64,000 bases of DNA from Methanobacteriota archaeon (GTDB taxonomy: Archaea; Thermoplasmatota; Thermoplasmata; SG8-5; DAIRED01). Location: assembly GCA_043799545.1 (NCBI GenBank), contig JAZDNO010000005.1, forward strand, positions 649-64,648. The letters run 5' to 3'. Below the pieces are notes generated by a model. That model did not search any database. It was given only the letters and a program-made list of their open reading frames with translations, and was not told the DNA's origin. The position numbers and the translations under genes were made by a program. This document shows positions 38,033 through 47,894 of the stretch, piece by piece; the stretch's first letter is position 1, and every line of letters begins with the position of its first letter.

Positions 38033-38105
38033 CTGGCTCGGACCGCGCGCTCCGCCCTCTTTCTTCAGCGCTTCAAGCAGGGCCGCCCCGACGCGCTTCG
38101 TGCGC

Positions 38106-38993
38106 TCACCCCGCCTTGTACTCAGCCGCTATGTCTTCCAACAAATCCTCCGGGTCAACGCTCTTAAGGTCCGAATCCCGAACCTCCGCCAGAGCCTTCT
38201 CAATCCTGTCCCGGACCTCCTTGGGAAGCAACGGCGAAATCCTTCCGAGCCCTTCCATGAGCTGGGTGGAAACCCGGTGCTCGTCCCTGACGGGCTCGCC
38301 TCCCCGGGCGACCACGATGCCGAGCCCCTTAATTATGCTGTACGGATGCGACCGCTCGCTGTGCCTGCTGTTCCTGCACTTGACTATCTTGAACCTGCGC
38401 TCGGCGCCTTCGTCCAGCGCCCTGTACCTCAGGTGGATGACGCAATCGGCCAGATACATCGGGATGACCGTCTCGTTTCCGGTCAGGTCGCTCGCCGACC
38501 CGTGCTCCTCCAAGGTCGCCAGTACCGTTCCCACCTTTCGGGTCTCTTTGAGCATGAAACCGATGAGGTCCCGCTGCTCGTATCGGTCTGCGTTCGCCCA
38601 AAGCACGGGCGTGAGCGGGTCGACGACGATTCGGGCGTTCGCCCCCTTCCAATCCTCGACGAAGGAGGGCAGCTCCTTCTTGATGAACGTCGCAAAGTCT
38701 CGCCCAGAGGCGTCTATGAAAACGAGCTGCTCGCGCTCGATGTATTCGAGGATTTCGCCCCACCCCATCTCGATGGCCTCTTTGATTATCTGCTCCTTGT
38801 TCTCGTCGAGGCTCACGAAGATGCCTTCCTGTCCCTCCTCCAGTCCCCTGCGGATGAATTGCGTTGCGAGGGTTGTCTTGCCCGCGCCGGAGGCCCCGAT
38901 GACGACTGTGGTGGAACTCTCGTTGATGCCGCCGTCGATGAGCGCGTTCAGGCCGTAGACTCCGCTTCTTATTTTGCGCATCCGCTTTACCAA
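38106..38993 (-). CDS. KaiC-like/RecA-superfamily ATPase with a C-terminal extension.
   Basis: Walker A (GASGAGKTT), the GVYGLNALIDGGINES N-terminus, Walker B (RIVVDPLT). Confidence 0.75.
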   Translation of the reverse strand: MVKRMRKIRSGVYGLNALIDGGINESSTTVVIGASGAGKTTLATQFIRRGLEEGQEGIFVSLDENKEQIIKEAIEMGWGEILEYIEREQLVFIDASGRDFATFIKKELPSFVEDWKGANARIVVDPLTPVLWANADRYEQRDLIGFMLKETRKVGTVLATLEEHGSASDLTGNETVIPMYLADCVIHLRYRALDEGAERRFKIVKCRNSRHSERSHPYSIIKGLGIVVARGGEPVRDEHRVSTQLMEGLGRISPLLPKEVRDRIEKALAEVRDSDLKSVDPEDLLEDIAAEYKAG

Positions 38994-39038
38994 CGCCTAG
39001 AGCGTATAATAGGCTTTCGACTGGGGGTGCTAGAAACC

Positions 39039-39920
39039 TTAGTGGCCCCTCTCCTGCAAACGCTGCCCAGGCAGCAACTGCTCGACTGCGATGCCTTTCA
39101 TGGCCTCCCCGAGCCCCACGGAGACTTTGACCAGGACCTTCGGGTCGTCGTAGTGCGTGACAGCCTCGACGATAGCTTTCGCCCGTTTCTTCGGGTCGTT
39201 GGACTTGAAGATGCCCGAACCGACAAAGACTCCGTCGCTCCCGAGCTGCATCATCAACGCGGCATCGGCGGGGGTCGCAATGCCGCCGGCCGCGAAGTTC
39301 ACAACTGGCAGCCTCTGAAGTTTAGCGATTTCCTTCACAAGGTCAGCAGGAGCTTCAATCTTCCGAGCGAAGAGCTCAAGCTCCTTCCCATCCTTGCCTT
39401 TCAGCTCCCTGATTGCGCCCATTATCGCGTGCTGGTGCCTGACGGCCTCGACCACGTCGCCTGTTCCAGCCTCGCCCTTCGTGCGAATCATGGCGGCGCC
39501 TTCGGCTATCCTACGGAGCGCCTCGCCTAGGTCTCGCGCCCCGCAAACGAACGGGACTGTGAACTTGGACTTGTCAACATGATGGAACGGATCCGCAATA
39601 GTCAAGACTTCCGACTCGTCTATCATGTCAACGCCCATCGATTCCAGAATCTGGGCCTCGGCGAAGTGGCCGATGCGGACTTTCGCCATCACGGGAATGG
39701 TCACGGTGTCCATTATCTCCTGGATTTTCCTCGGGTCCGCCATTCTGGCGACTCCGCCAGCTGCGCGAATGTCCGCCGGAACGCGCTCCAGGGCCATGAC
39801 CGCCACCGCTCCAGCCTTCTCAGCAATCTCCGCCTGCTTTGCGTCGGTGACGTCCATAATTACGCCCCCCTTCTGCATCTTGGCGAAGCCACGCTTGAGC
39901 AGCTCTGTCCCGTGGCGCAT
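39039..39920 (-). CDS. pdxS: Pyridoxal 5'-phosphate synthase lyase subunit.
   Basis: Colinear with B. subtilis PdxS: [84 protein letters not shown]. Start taken at the Met that gives a ~293-aa product. Confidence 0.85.
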   Translation of the reverse strand: MRHGTELLKRGFAKMQKGGVIMDVTDAKQAEIAEKAGAVAVMALERVPADIRAAGGVARMADPRKIQEIMDTVTIPVMAKVRIGHFAEAQILESMGVDMIDESEVLTIADPFHHVDKSKFTVPFVCGARDLGEALRRIAEGAAMIRTKGEAGTGDVVEAVRHQHAIMGAIRELKGKDGKELELFARKIEAPADLVKEIAKLQRLPVVNFAAGGIATPADAALMMQLGSDGVFVGSGIFKSNDPKKRAKAIVEAVTHYDDPKVLVKVSVGLGEAMKGIAVEQLLPGQRLQERGH

Positions 39921-40076
39921 CTTCCTTAGGTCCAACTTGACTGGCATTGCATCACCCGCCTGACCCATCGGCGCCAGGTTATTTAACCTTTCCGCGAGGC
40001 CTGGAGATGGCATCCATGGGCATTATGGGTGGTGTACGAGCTAAGGGCCGGCGACCATGTGGCAATCGCTCACATT

Positions 40077-41576
40077 TCAGAAGCCGTATATCTCTCCATA
40101 CTTCTTCTTGAGGTATTTGGCGAAAGGCTCGACTTCGATTGCCTTGATGTTATTGCGCTTGAGCAGCTCCTCTGTCGTGAATTTTGAACCGTGGCGGTAG
40201 ATGCCCTCATTCAGCCAGCCGTGGAGCGTCTTGAACTTGCCGCGCTCTATCTCCTTTGGTATCGACGGCTTCGCCTTGACCGCCTTGTCGTAGAACTGAG
40301 CGCTCATGATTGTTCCCAGCGTGTAACCCTGGAAATACCCGACCAGCGTATGGTACCAGTGGACGTCCTGCATCACGCCTGCGCTGTAATCTGGAGGGGT
40401 CATCCCCAGGTCCGATTCGTATCTGCCGTTCCAAGCTCCAGGGAGCTCCTTTACCGTCAGCGTTTCCTCCATCAGGGCCGTCTCGAGGTCGAACCTTATC
40501 ATCGGGTGGATGTTGTACGTAACCTCGTCAGCCTCCGTCCTGATCAGGGAGGGGGTGACTTTGTTGATGGCCTTGTAGAATTCGTCGAGCGAAACGCCCT
40601 TGAATTGGGAGGGGAAGGTCTTCCTGAGCTCCGGGTAGAAGTGATTCCAGAATCCCCGGCTTCTGCCAACGATGTTCTCCCAAAGGCGTGATTGGCTCTC
40701 GTGGATGCCGGTGGCAGCCCCGCCAGACAAAAGCCCTTCCAGTTTCGGGTCGGAGCCCTGCTCGTAAAGGGCGTGCCCCGTCTCGTGAATCGTGCTGAAC
40801 AAAGATTCTGCCAGAAGCTTCTCGTTGTACCGGGTTGTGATGCGCACATCACCTATCGAGAACGAGGTCGTGAAGGGATGCGGCGTCTTGTCGAGCCTCC
40901 CGCGCTTGAAATCGTAGCCGAGCTTCGCGGCGACGGCTTCGCCGAAGGTTTTCTGCAGCCCCTCAGGAAACTTGCCAGATATGCACGAATCGTCAACCTG
41001 CTCACAATCCGCAATCTTCTTTATCAACGGAACGAGCTCAGACCTGAGTTCCTTGAAAATCCCCTTCACTTTCTTGGTCTTCAAACCGTAGTCGTACATG
41101 TTTACGAGCGGGTCCATGACGTGGTCGTATCCAGGATAGAAATCAGAATACTGGCGCATGTAGTCGAAGGTCTTCTCCAGGTATGGCGCCACGGCCTTGA
41201 AATCGTTCTTTGGCCTCGCCTTGACCCAAGCCTCGTAGGATTCCGCGCCGTGCTTGAAGAGCTTCTCTGCGAACTCCGTGGGTATCTTCGTGACGAGGTC
41301 GTACTGAATTTTCGTCCTTCGAATCAGCGAAGCGTCGTCTGATTCGTAGTCCAGTTTCTTCTCCAGGAGGCGCAGCGATTTTAAAAGTTTTCCAAGGCCC
41401 GGATCCACCATCCGCTCGAAAGCCATCTTCTGCAGCCTCGTCATCTGGCGCGCCCTGGCGGCAGCTCCCCCGGGGGGCATGTAGGTCATCTGGTCCCAGC
41501 TAAGCACGCTGGCAGCCCCGCCAAGGTCAGACATTTCCATGAGCCTCTCCTTCAATTCCGCCAATCCCTTGTCCAT
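40077..41576 (-). CDS. Carboxypeptidase Taq-like (M32 family) metallocarboxypeptidase.
   Basis: HETGHALYEQG (HExxH) and the IHESQSRLWEN motif. Start taken at MDKGLAELKER, giving ~499 aa; the longer upstream frame looks spurious. Confidence 0.8.
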   Translation of the reverse strand: MDKGLAELKERLMEMSDLGGAASVLSWDQMTYMPPGGAAARARQMTRLQKMAFERMVDPGLGKLLKSLRLLEKKLDYESDDASLIRRTKIQYDLVTKIPTEFAEKLFKHGAESYEAWVKARPKNDFKAVAPYLEKTFDYMRQYSDFYPGYDHVMDPLVNMYDYGLKTKKVKGIFKELRSELVPLIKKIADCEQVDDSCISGKFPEGLQKTFGEAVAAKLGYDFKRGRLDKTPHPFTTSFSIGDVRITTRYNEKLLAESLFSTIHETGHALYEQGSDPKLEGLLSGGAATGIHESQSRLWENIVGRSRGFWNHFYPELRKTFPSQFKGVSLDEFYKAINKVTPSLIRTEADEVTYNIHPMIRFDLETALMEETLTVKELPGAWNGRYESDLGMTPPDYSAGVMQDVHWYHTLVGYFQGYTLGTIMSAQFYDKAVKAKPSIPKEIERGKFKTLHGWLNEGIYRHGSKFTTEELLKRNNIKAIEVEPFAKYLKKKYGEIYGF

Positions 41577-41638
41577 TGCAACGACCCGTCCATCAATCGA
41601 CATCGGTGGTAATAAAGGTTGTATTGGTGGCAGACCGC

Positions 41639-42313
41639 TCACGGAACGATTTCGTAGACCAAGGCGTTCACGCGCTTTCCAGCAACACGGATGACGCCTG
41701 CCCTTCTCAAGGCGTATGCGGCCTTTCCCGCGACCGCAACCGGACATTTGGCTGCATCAGCCAACTCCCGAACGGTGAAGCTCTCATGAAGCCCGCGCGG
41801 CAGCAAGCGGCGATAGTCAGCCAAAGATGCCAGCACGATGCTCCCTTCCACTCCGAGCAGCTTCCGATCGGCAACGCTCACGCCCCTCCTGCGCCAGCTT
41901 CCGAGCCCGTCGTCGACTGTGGCAAGCTCTTCCCGGACGAGGACGATTTCGACGGTAAGGTTCGGATCCATCAACAGCGGCGATATGGGCGCGAGCTCGC
42001 CGAGCCCATCCAGAACGCCCCTGCGCTTCGGGGACCTCCTCCGTCCGGCCACGCTTCCGTCGGCGCGCAAGCGCACGCACTCCCGTTTCGCGACAACTGG
42101 GTAAATGATGTGGACGGGATGCCGCGGCAGCAGGTTTGCGAGCTTCGCCTTAAATCCAGAGAAACCCCCTGTCTGTATCTCGATGAGGCGCCCGTCGCGG
42201 ACAATGTCCACAACGTAACCGTCGACCTTATCCTCCAGCAGATCGCCTGGTCTTGCGAAACGCTCCTTCAAAGCAGCGTGGAGGGACTTCTCGGAAAGGG
42301 TTCCGATGCCCAT
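41639..42313 (-). CDS. Hypothetical protein: possible PD-(D/E)xK nuclease-like N-terminus plus a C-terminal winged helix.
   Basis: DIVRDGRLIEIQTG could be a D…E-x-Q nuclease-fold motif. The C-terminal ELADAAKCPVAVAGKAAYALRRAGVIRV is wHTH-like. Weak inference only. Confidence 0.3.
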   Translation of the reverse strand: MGIGTLSEKSLHAALKERFARPGDLLEDKVDGYVVDIVRDGRLIEIQTGGFSGFKAKLANLLPRHPVHIIYPVVAKRECVRLRADGSVAGRRRSPKRRGVLDGLGELAPISPLLMDPNLTVEIVLVREELATVDDGLGSWRRRGVSVADRKLLGVEGSIVLASLADYRRLLPRGLHESFTVRELADAAKCPVAVAGKAAYALRRAGVIRVAGKRVNALVYEIVP

Positions 42314-42314
42314 C

Positions 42315-42875
42315 CTACACCCCGATGTTGAAACACATCCAGCGAATCATGTAGCCTATCGAGAGTTCGAGAACCAAAGGATCGAGCTTTTCGTCATCCG
42401 AATTGACCAGGAGCGTGTAGTCCTTGAGGGATTTCTCCCCCTCCGCAGATATCACGATTTTGCCTCCGTCGACCAGAGGCCATATGATGAAACCAGTCAC
42501 CTTCTCCTTCATGTAATACCGGCCCGAGCCAGTTTCGAATATCGGGAGCTTTAGCTCCCTGTCTCCTACCGGTCTTTTCACAAGTATTGAGCCGTGCACG
42601 AAGTCATAGTGTATCTGGCAGACTTCCAAACCTTCCCGGTCATAGACGCGGTATTTCAGCGAAAAAGCTCTCTTCACCGCTTCCCAGAAGCCTGGCCTTT
42701 CCCAACCCTCCGGTTTTGCGACGTACGCCCTCCCGTCGGCGATAGCCTCCACATTCATTCCGTCGCGCCAAGCCTTTACCAGCTTCATCGGGCATCGTAT
42801 TTCGAAGGGATTTAAGTCACTTTTGATAGGGCCGATGCTGACGAATCCCGATTCCGATGCGCCGAGCCAAACCAT
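42315..42875 (-). CDS. Hypothetical protein.
   Basis: A 186-aa ORF with coding-like composition; its stop is immediately upstream of the start of the preceding gene on the same strand. No recognisable motifs. Confidence 0.35.
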   Translation of the reverse strand: MVWLGASESGFVSIGPIKSDLNPFEIRCPMKLVKAWRDGMNVEAIADGRAYVAKPEGWERPGFWEAVKRAFSLKYRVYDREGLEVCQIHYDFVHGSILVKRPVGDRELKLPIFETGSGRYYMKEKVTGFIIWPLVDGGKIVISAEGEKSLKDYTLLVNSDDEKLDPLVLELSIGYMIRWMCFNIGV

Positions 42876-42910
42876 TTCAACCCCCTTGCATATACGGAAA
42901 CGGCGATTGA

Positions 42911-44626
42911 ATGGACCTCAAGAAGAAATATCCGAGGAAGTTCCTGAAGAAGGGAGAGAACATGGGCAACCCCAAGGCAATCCGGGCGGCCTATTCGCGC
43001 CTCGACAAGATGCCCATGGGGGACAAAATGGAGACCGCCAGGTTTTGCGAGGCCTGGGGCGAGGCGGTCTCGGGGATTTTCGAGGTCTTTGCCCGTTCTT
43101 ACTGGGCGGTCACGACGGACACTAGGGACAAGAAGGCGGAGAAGGAATATTCGCGGCTTGCCGAGGAGGTCATCCCCCTGCAGGAGGAGCTGGACGACAA
43201 AGTCAAACGCCGGCTCTTAAAGGCAAAGAAGGAATGGGTCCCGAAGGATCTGGCCGTTTTCAGGACGAAGGCTGAATGGGCGGTGAAACTCTACAGGGAG
43301 GAGAACCTTCCCAGAGTTGGGGAGAACATAAAGCTGGCGAACGAGTACCAGAGGCTGGTATCGGAATGGCAGACGGAGTTCGACGGGAAAAGGCGCACGG
43401 CTTCGCAGCTCAGGCCATATCTTGAGAAGCCGGACCGCAAGTTGCGCGAGAAGGCCTGGCGCGCGAGGATGAAGATGCAGGCCGACGATTGTGCAAAGCT
43501 GGACGCGCTCTTCGACCGCATGCTCGTGGTTAGAAACCAGATGGCCAAGGCGGCGGGCCTGCCCGATTACGTCGAATACCAGTACAGGCGATACTCCCGG
43601 CTCAGCTACGACCGCAAGGACGCGGAGAAGTTCAGGGCCGCCATCCACAAGTACGTCGTTCCAGCGGCCTCCATGATATTCGAGCGGAGGAGGAAGATGC
43701 TCCGGCTCCCTACAATACGGCCTTGGGACCTGGCCGCCAATCCCGACGGAGCGGACCCTCCGAAGGTGTACAGGGACATACCCGACTTAAAAGCGAAGGC
43801 GGTCAAGGTTCTCGGGGCTGTCGACCCCGAGTTCGCCGAGGCGTTCACGCTTTTGGACAAAAAAGGGTATCTGGACCTGGAAAACAGGCCGGGCAAGGCT
43901 CCAGGGGCTTACTGCAACGACTATGCCGAGGAGCGCATGACCGTGATATTCTGCAACTCCGTCGGAACGAGCGGCGATTTCGACACGCTGATGCACGAGG
44001 GGGGGCACGCGATTCACGGGTTGATGTGCCGGGACAAGAACGCCATGGCAAGGGACGTGCCCCTCGAGTTCGCGGAGCTGGCATCGATGGCGATGGAGAA
44101 GCTCTCGCGGCCGCACTGGAACATGGTTTACAACAAGAAGGACGAGGTGCGAATCAAGAGGCAGCAGCTCGAAACGGCGATGACGTTCCTTCCGTTCATG
44201 GCCATGCTGGACGAGTTCCAGGCCTGGGTGTATTCGGACCCAAAAGGGGCCAGGGCTGCGGAGAGGTCCAAATTCTGGGCCGGTCTCGAGAAGAAATACC
44301 GCCCCCACATCGACTGGTCCGGACTCGAGCAAGAGGAGGGGATGGGATGGCAGTACAACCACGTGTACACGGTTCCGCTGTACTACATCGAATACGGCAT
44401 CGCCCAGGTCGGAGCTCTGCAGGTCTTCCTGCGGTCCAAGCGCGATTATGAGAAAGCTGTGAAAGACTACAAAAAAGGCCTGTCGCTCGGTTGCACGGTG
44501 GGGTTGCCAGAGCTATACAAGGCTGCGGGAATCAAGCTCGTGATGAAGGAGCCCGATATCCTCGGCAAAGTTGTTGGCGGGATAATGGGGGAAGTGGGGC
44601 TAGCCCGATATCCAGGAGGGCTGTGA
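42911..44626 (+). CDS. pepF: Oligoendopeptidase F-like (M3B family).
   Basis: HEGGHAIHG (HExxH), the downstream EFAELASMAMEKL Glu ligand region, ~570 aa. Confidence 0.75.
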   Translation: MDLKKKYPRKFLKKGENMGNPKAIRAAYSRLDKMPMGDKMETARFCEAWGEAVSGIFEVFARSYWAVTTDTRDKKAEKEYSRLAEEVIPLQEELDDKVKRRLLKAKKEWVPKDLAVFRTKAEWAVKLYREENLPRVGENIKLANEYQRLVSEWQTEFDGKRRTASQLRPYLEKPDRKLREKAWRARMKMQADDCAKLDALFDRMLVVRNQMAKAAGLPDYVEYQYRRYSRLSYDRKDAEKFRAAIHKYVVPAASMIFERRRKMLRLPTIRPWDLAANPDGADPPKVYRDIPDLKAKAVKVLGAVDPEFAEAFTLLDKKGYLDLENRPGKAPGAYCNDYAEERMTVIFCNSVGTSGDFDTLMHEGGHAIHGLMCRDKNAMARDVPLEFAELASMAMEKLSRPHWNMVYNKKDEVRIKRQQLETAMTFLPFMAMLDEFQAWVYSDPKGARAAERSKFWAGLEKKYRPHIDWSGLEQEEGMGWQYNHVYTVPLYYIEYGIAQVGALQVFLRSKRDYEKAVKDYKKGLSLGCTVGLPELYKAAGIKLVMKEPDILGKVVGGIMGEVGLARYPGGL

Positions 44627-44663
44627 AGGGATTAAATATCCAGAAACCCTTATTGTCCAATCG

Positions 44664-45914
44664 ATGGAGTCTGAAATCTCAAGGAAGGTCGCGCAGATCA
44701 TGGAGCGCGAGATGGGCTCCGCCGGCGCCTCAATCATCGAGCGCCAGTGCGAGCAGTTAGGCCTGGACAAGGAGAACCTCCGCCCCAACGACCTGCCGCG
44801 GCTCGCTGGACGCCTCTCGGAGCTTATGCGCGTGATGGGGGGCCACCAGAAGGCTAACCGCATCTATCAGGAGATACAGAAGCTCGCCGACCTCGAAAGG
44901 ATCGCCGAGCTTGCGCCAACCGACGATTCCAGGCTCGCGCTTTTCGAGGACCTCGCGAAGGGGAGCATGTTTTCGGGGGACTGGCAAAAGGCGATATTCT
45001 ATTTCAAGAAGCTCCTCCATAACGCCGAGGTGGGGAAGAATCGCTCAGGCATGGCGAAGTATCTGATATGGATAGGTTTCGTCCACAAGGAGAAGAGCTC
45101 GCTTGACCAGGCAATGACGTTCTATGAGCGGGCGATGCGCTTCGCGGAGTCGGTCGGAGACGACGACCAGCTCTCGCACTGCCACTACCAGATGGGGGAC
45201 GTCCTGTGGTACACGGGAGAACTGGACAGGGCACTGGAATCGTACCAAAAGGCGCTGAACCTCGCCACGAGCATCAAGTTCAAAGGGGCGGCGCACGTGG
45301 GCATCGGGAACATGCTGATGAACAAGCACGATTTTCCGGCGGCGACCGGCCACTACCGCGAAGCGCTCAAGCTCCTCGAAGGGACGGACGACTACCTCGA
45401 CCAGGCGCGGGCATACAACAACATCGGCGACGTCCACCTCCAGCTCAAGGAATGGGACTCGGCCGTCGAGTGCTTCGACGAGAGCGCCGAGCTGGCGGAG
45501 AAGGGCGGGTGGCTGAACGTGCGCGCTTTCACCCAGTTCAATACGGCGGATGCGCTCGTCCACAAGGGCGACTACGGCAAGGCCAAGGAAATGCTTGAAA
45601 AAAGCATGGAGATATTGCTGCTGATAGACAGCAAAAGCGGGTTGGCCGGGGCGCACCACGTATACGCGAAGCTGTTCATGGCTTTGAAGGACTACCCGAA
45701 AGTGGTCGAACACTACAAGGCGGCAATCGAAATTTACGAGCTGGCAAAAATCCCGTTCTACAGGGCTCAGTGCAATTACGAACTGGGCAAAGCCTACATC
45801 GAGATGGGCGACAGGGAGAGGGCCCAGGGGCACTTCCACGAAGCCACCAGGATTTACGGGGAACTCAATCTTGACACGATGGTAAAAAAGGCGATGGATG
45901 CGGCGGGGCGCTAG
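44664..45914 (+). CDS. TPR-repeat protein with a conserved N-terminal domain.
   Basis: Multiple 34-aa TPR units (W/Y…A…Y…A patterns). N-terminal ~80 aa is shared with the convergent paralog. Confidence 0.6.
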   Translation: MESEISRKVAQIMEREMGSAGASIIERQCEQLGLDKENLRPNDLPRLAGRLSELMRVMGGHQKANRIYQEIQKLADLERIAELAPTDDSRLALFEDLAKGSMFSGDWQKAIFYFKKLLHNAEVGKNRSGMAKYLIWIGFVHKEKSSLDQAMTFYERAMRFAESVGDDDQLSHCHYQMGDVLWYTGELDRALESYQKALNLATSIKFKGAAHVGIGNMLMNKHDFPAATGHYREALKLLEGTDDYLDQARAYNNIGDVHLQLKEWDSAVECFDESAELAEKGGWLNVRAFTQFNTADALVHKGDYGKAKEMLEKSMEILLLIDSKSGLAGAHHVYAKLFMALKDYPKVVEHYKAAIEIYELAKIPFYRAQCNYELGKAYIEMGDRERAQGHFHEATRIYGELNLDTMVKKAMDAAGR

Positions 45915-47233
45915 GCAACGGCGCTCAGGGTTCGCTCGGCTTTCTCCAGGTATTTCTTAGCCCCTATGGTCTTGAACGTTTCCACCGCGCGTCCCAATAA
46001 CTCCCTCCCCCTCTTCTTCTCTCCCTTGTTGAGGAGCATCTCGCCCCATTCCATGGCGAGGTGGGCGTTGTTGAACGGCGAGTTGATTTTTTTCAGGACA
46101 TCCTCGGATTGCCTGAAGCACTTCTCTGAGTTCTCCCAGTCCTTCTTCAGCCTGTGGGCGAGGCCGAGGTCCCTGTATGCCGCCGACATTCCCACCAAAT
46201 CGTTCAACTGAAGGAGGATTTCGAGAGACTCGGTGCAGCGCTTAATCGTCTCGTCCGGCTTGCCCAGGCGAGCGTACGCTTCGCCGGAGTTGAACAGGCT
46301 CCACGCAATCATCATCCTATGGTTGATGGTCCCGGCGGCCTTCTTGCACTGGTCGAAGCACGTTATGGCGCTCTTCCAGTCATCCTTCTGAAGGTAGATG
46401 TCCCCGAGGTTGTTGAACGCCCTCGAAAGCTGCTGCTGGTCCTTGACGGCCTCCAGAAGCTCGATGGCGCTCCTGTAATGCTCAATCGCCTTGTCCAGGT
46501 TGCCAGTGTCGCTATATACGAGCCCGAATTCTATGTGGATGACCCCGATGGTCGCCTTGTCCCGCGACTCCTCGGCAACCTTCAGCGCCATCCCCAGATG
46601 GCTCTCGGCCTCCGAATACTCGCCCCTGCGCCAATAGACGTAGCCAAGCCCGGCCAGCGCGTCCGCGATTCCGATGGGGTGCCCGACCTTTCTCGAGAGC
46701 GCTATCCCGTGGTTGAAGTGGTCTATCGCCTCGTCCCAGTTGCTCCTGCGCTTGCAGATGTGCCCGATGTTGCGGTGCGCCTCGGCTACTTTCAGGAGGT
46801 CGCCGTGCGCCTTCCCGAGCTTGATGACCTTGGAATAATATTCTAGCGAATCGTCCCAGTCGCCGATGGTGTAGCAGATGGTCCCCAGCTTCGCATATGC
46901 GTCCAGCTCCTTTCGCTCGCGCAGGGGATCTCCGGGCTTCGAACTCAACGCCTCCAGCTCGGCCAGTATTTTGAACTTCAGAATCTCCTTGCCGATTTTG
47001 CTCGCCCTGTCGTCTCCCATCGTCGGCCTGAGCGCCCTTATCATCCGCTGGGAAAGGACAACCAGGTCTCCGGGCTTCACATCCTCCGGCTTGATGTTCA
47101 GCTCGGCGCATTGTTTTTTGTACACCGACATCCCGAGCTCCCCCATTTCCTGGTTGAGCATGCGCTGGATGGAAAGCCCGATGTGTTTACCGAGCAACTT
47201 GTCGACCATATTGCCCCTCTCCACTATCATCAT
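45911..47233 (-). CDS. TPR-repeat protein, paralog of 44664–45914.
   Basis: TPR units throughout. N-terminal domain (…EMGELGMSVYKKQCAELNIKPEDVKPGDL…) is homologous to the neighbour (…EMGSAGASIIERQCEQLGLDKENLRPNDL…). Confidence 0.6.
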   Translation of the reverse strand: MMIVERGNMVDKLLGKHIGLSIQRMLNQEMGELGMSVYKKQCAELNIKPEDVKPGDLVVLSQRMIRALRPTMGDDRASKIGKEILKFKILAELEALSSKPGDPLRERKELDAYAKLGTICYTIGDWDDSLEYYSKVIKLGKAHGDLLKVAEAHRNIGHICKRRSNWDEAIDHFNHGIALSRKVGHPIGIADALAGLGYVYWRRGEYSEAESHLGMALKVAEESRDKATIGVIHIEFGLVYSDTGNLDKAIEHYRSAIELLEAVKDQQQLSRAFNNLGDIYLQKDDWKSAITCFDQCKKAAGTINHRMMIAWSLFNSGEAYARLGKPDETIKRCTESLEILLQLNDLVGMSAAYRDLGLAHRLKKDWENSEKCFRQSEDVLKKINSPFNNAHLAMEWGEMLLNKGEKKRGRELLGRAVETFKTIGAKKYLEKAERTLSAVA

Positions 47234-47304
47234 ATTATATGGTCAAAACTAATAAGCTTTTCTCACGGGGATGGCGTGCACCGTACAATATGGATGGCAA
47301 AACG

Positions 47305-47835
47305 TTAAAATTCCACGCCCTCTCTTCCAAGGATCCCTTTCTTGTATGGGTGCTTTATTTCGCGCATCTCCGTCACAAGATCCGCCATCTCGATTATCTC
47401 CTTTGCGGCGTAACGCCCGGTGACGACAACCTCGACATCATCTCTCCTGGCGCACAGCATATCGACGACCTCGGAGAGCGAGACCAGCCCCCAGTCTATT
47501 GCTGTGTTAAGCTCGTCGAGTATGAGCATATCCGCAGAGCCACCCGCGAGGGCGCTCTTGGCAAATTCTAGACCCTCTCTTGCTAGGTCCACGTCGACCT
47601 GGGCTGGGTTCTTGCGGTCCACGAACTCCGCCCTGCCGAACTGGCGTATTTCGAAGCCGGGGATGCGCTTCGCGCTTTCCAGCTCACCGTAGTTTATCCG
47701 TCCCTTCATGAATTGTACCATCAAAACCTTCAGGCCGTGACCCGCCGCGCGCATGCCCAATCCAAGCGCGGCCGTGGTCTTCCCCTTTCCGTCGCCCGTA
47801 TAGACGTGCAGATAACCGAGCACTTTCTTTGCCAT
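47305..47835 (-). CDS. cobO: Cob(I)yrinic acid a,c-diamide adenosyltransferase (CobO/BtuR type).
   Basis: P-loop YTGDGKGKTTAALG and the HPYKKG C-terminal motif; 176 aa. Confidence 0.75.
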   Translation of the reverse strand: MAKKVLGYLHVYTGDGKGKTTAALGLGMRAAGHGLKVLMVQFMKGRINYGELESAKRIPGFEIRQFGRAEFVDRKNPAQVDVDLAREGLEFAKSALAGGSADMLILDELNTAIDWGLVSLSEVVDMLCARRDDVEVVVTGRYAAKEIIEMADLVTEMREIKHPYKKGILGREGVEF

Positions 47836-47894
47836 CGCAATCGGAAGGGGTTGTCTTTATATTATCTTATCCCAATACGGGCCCAGTGAGATAA

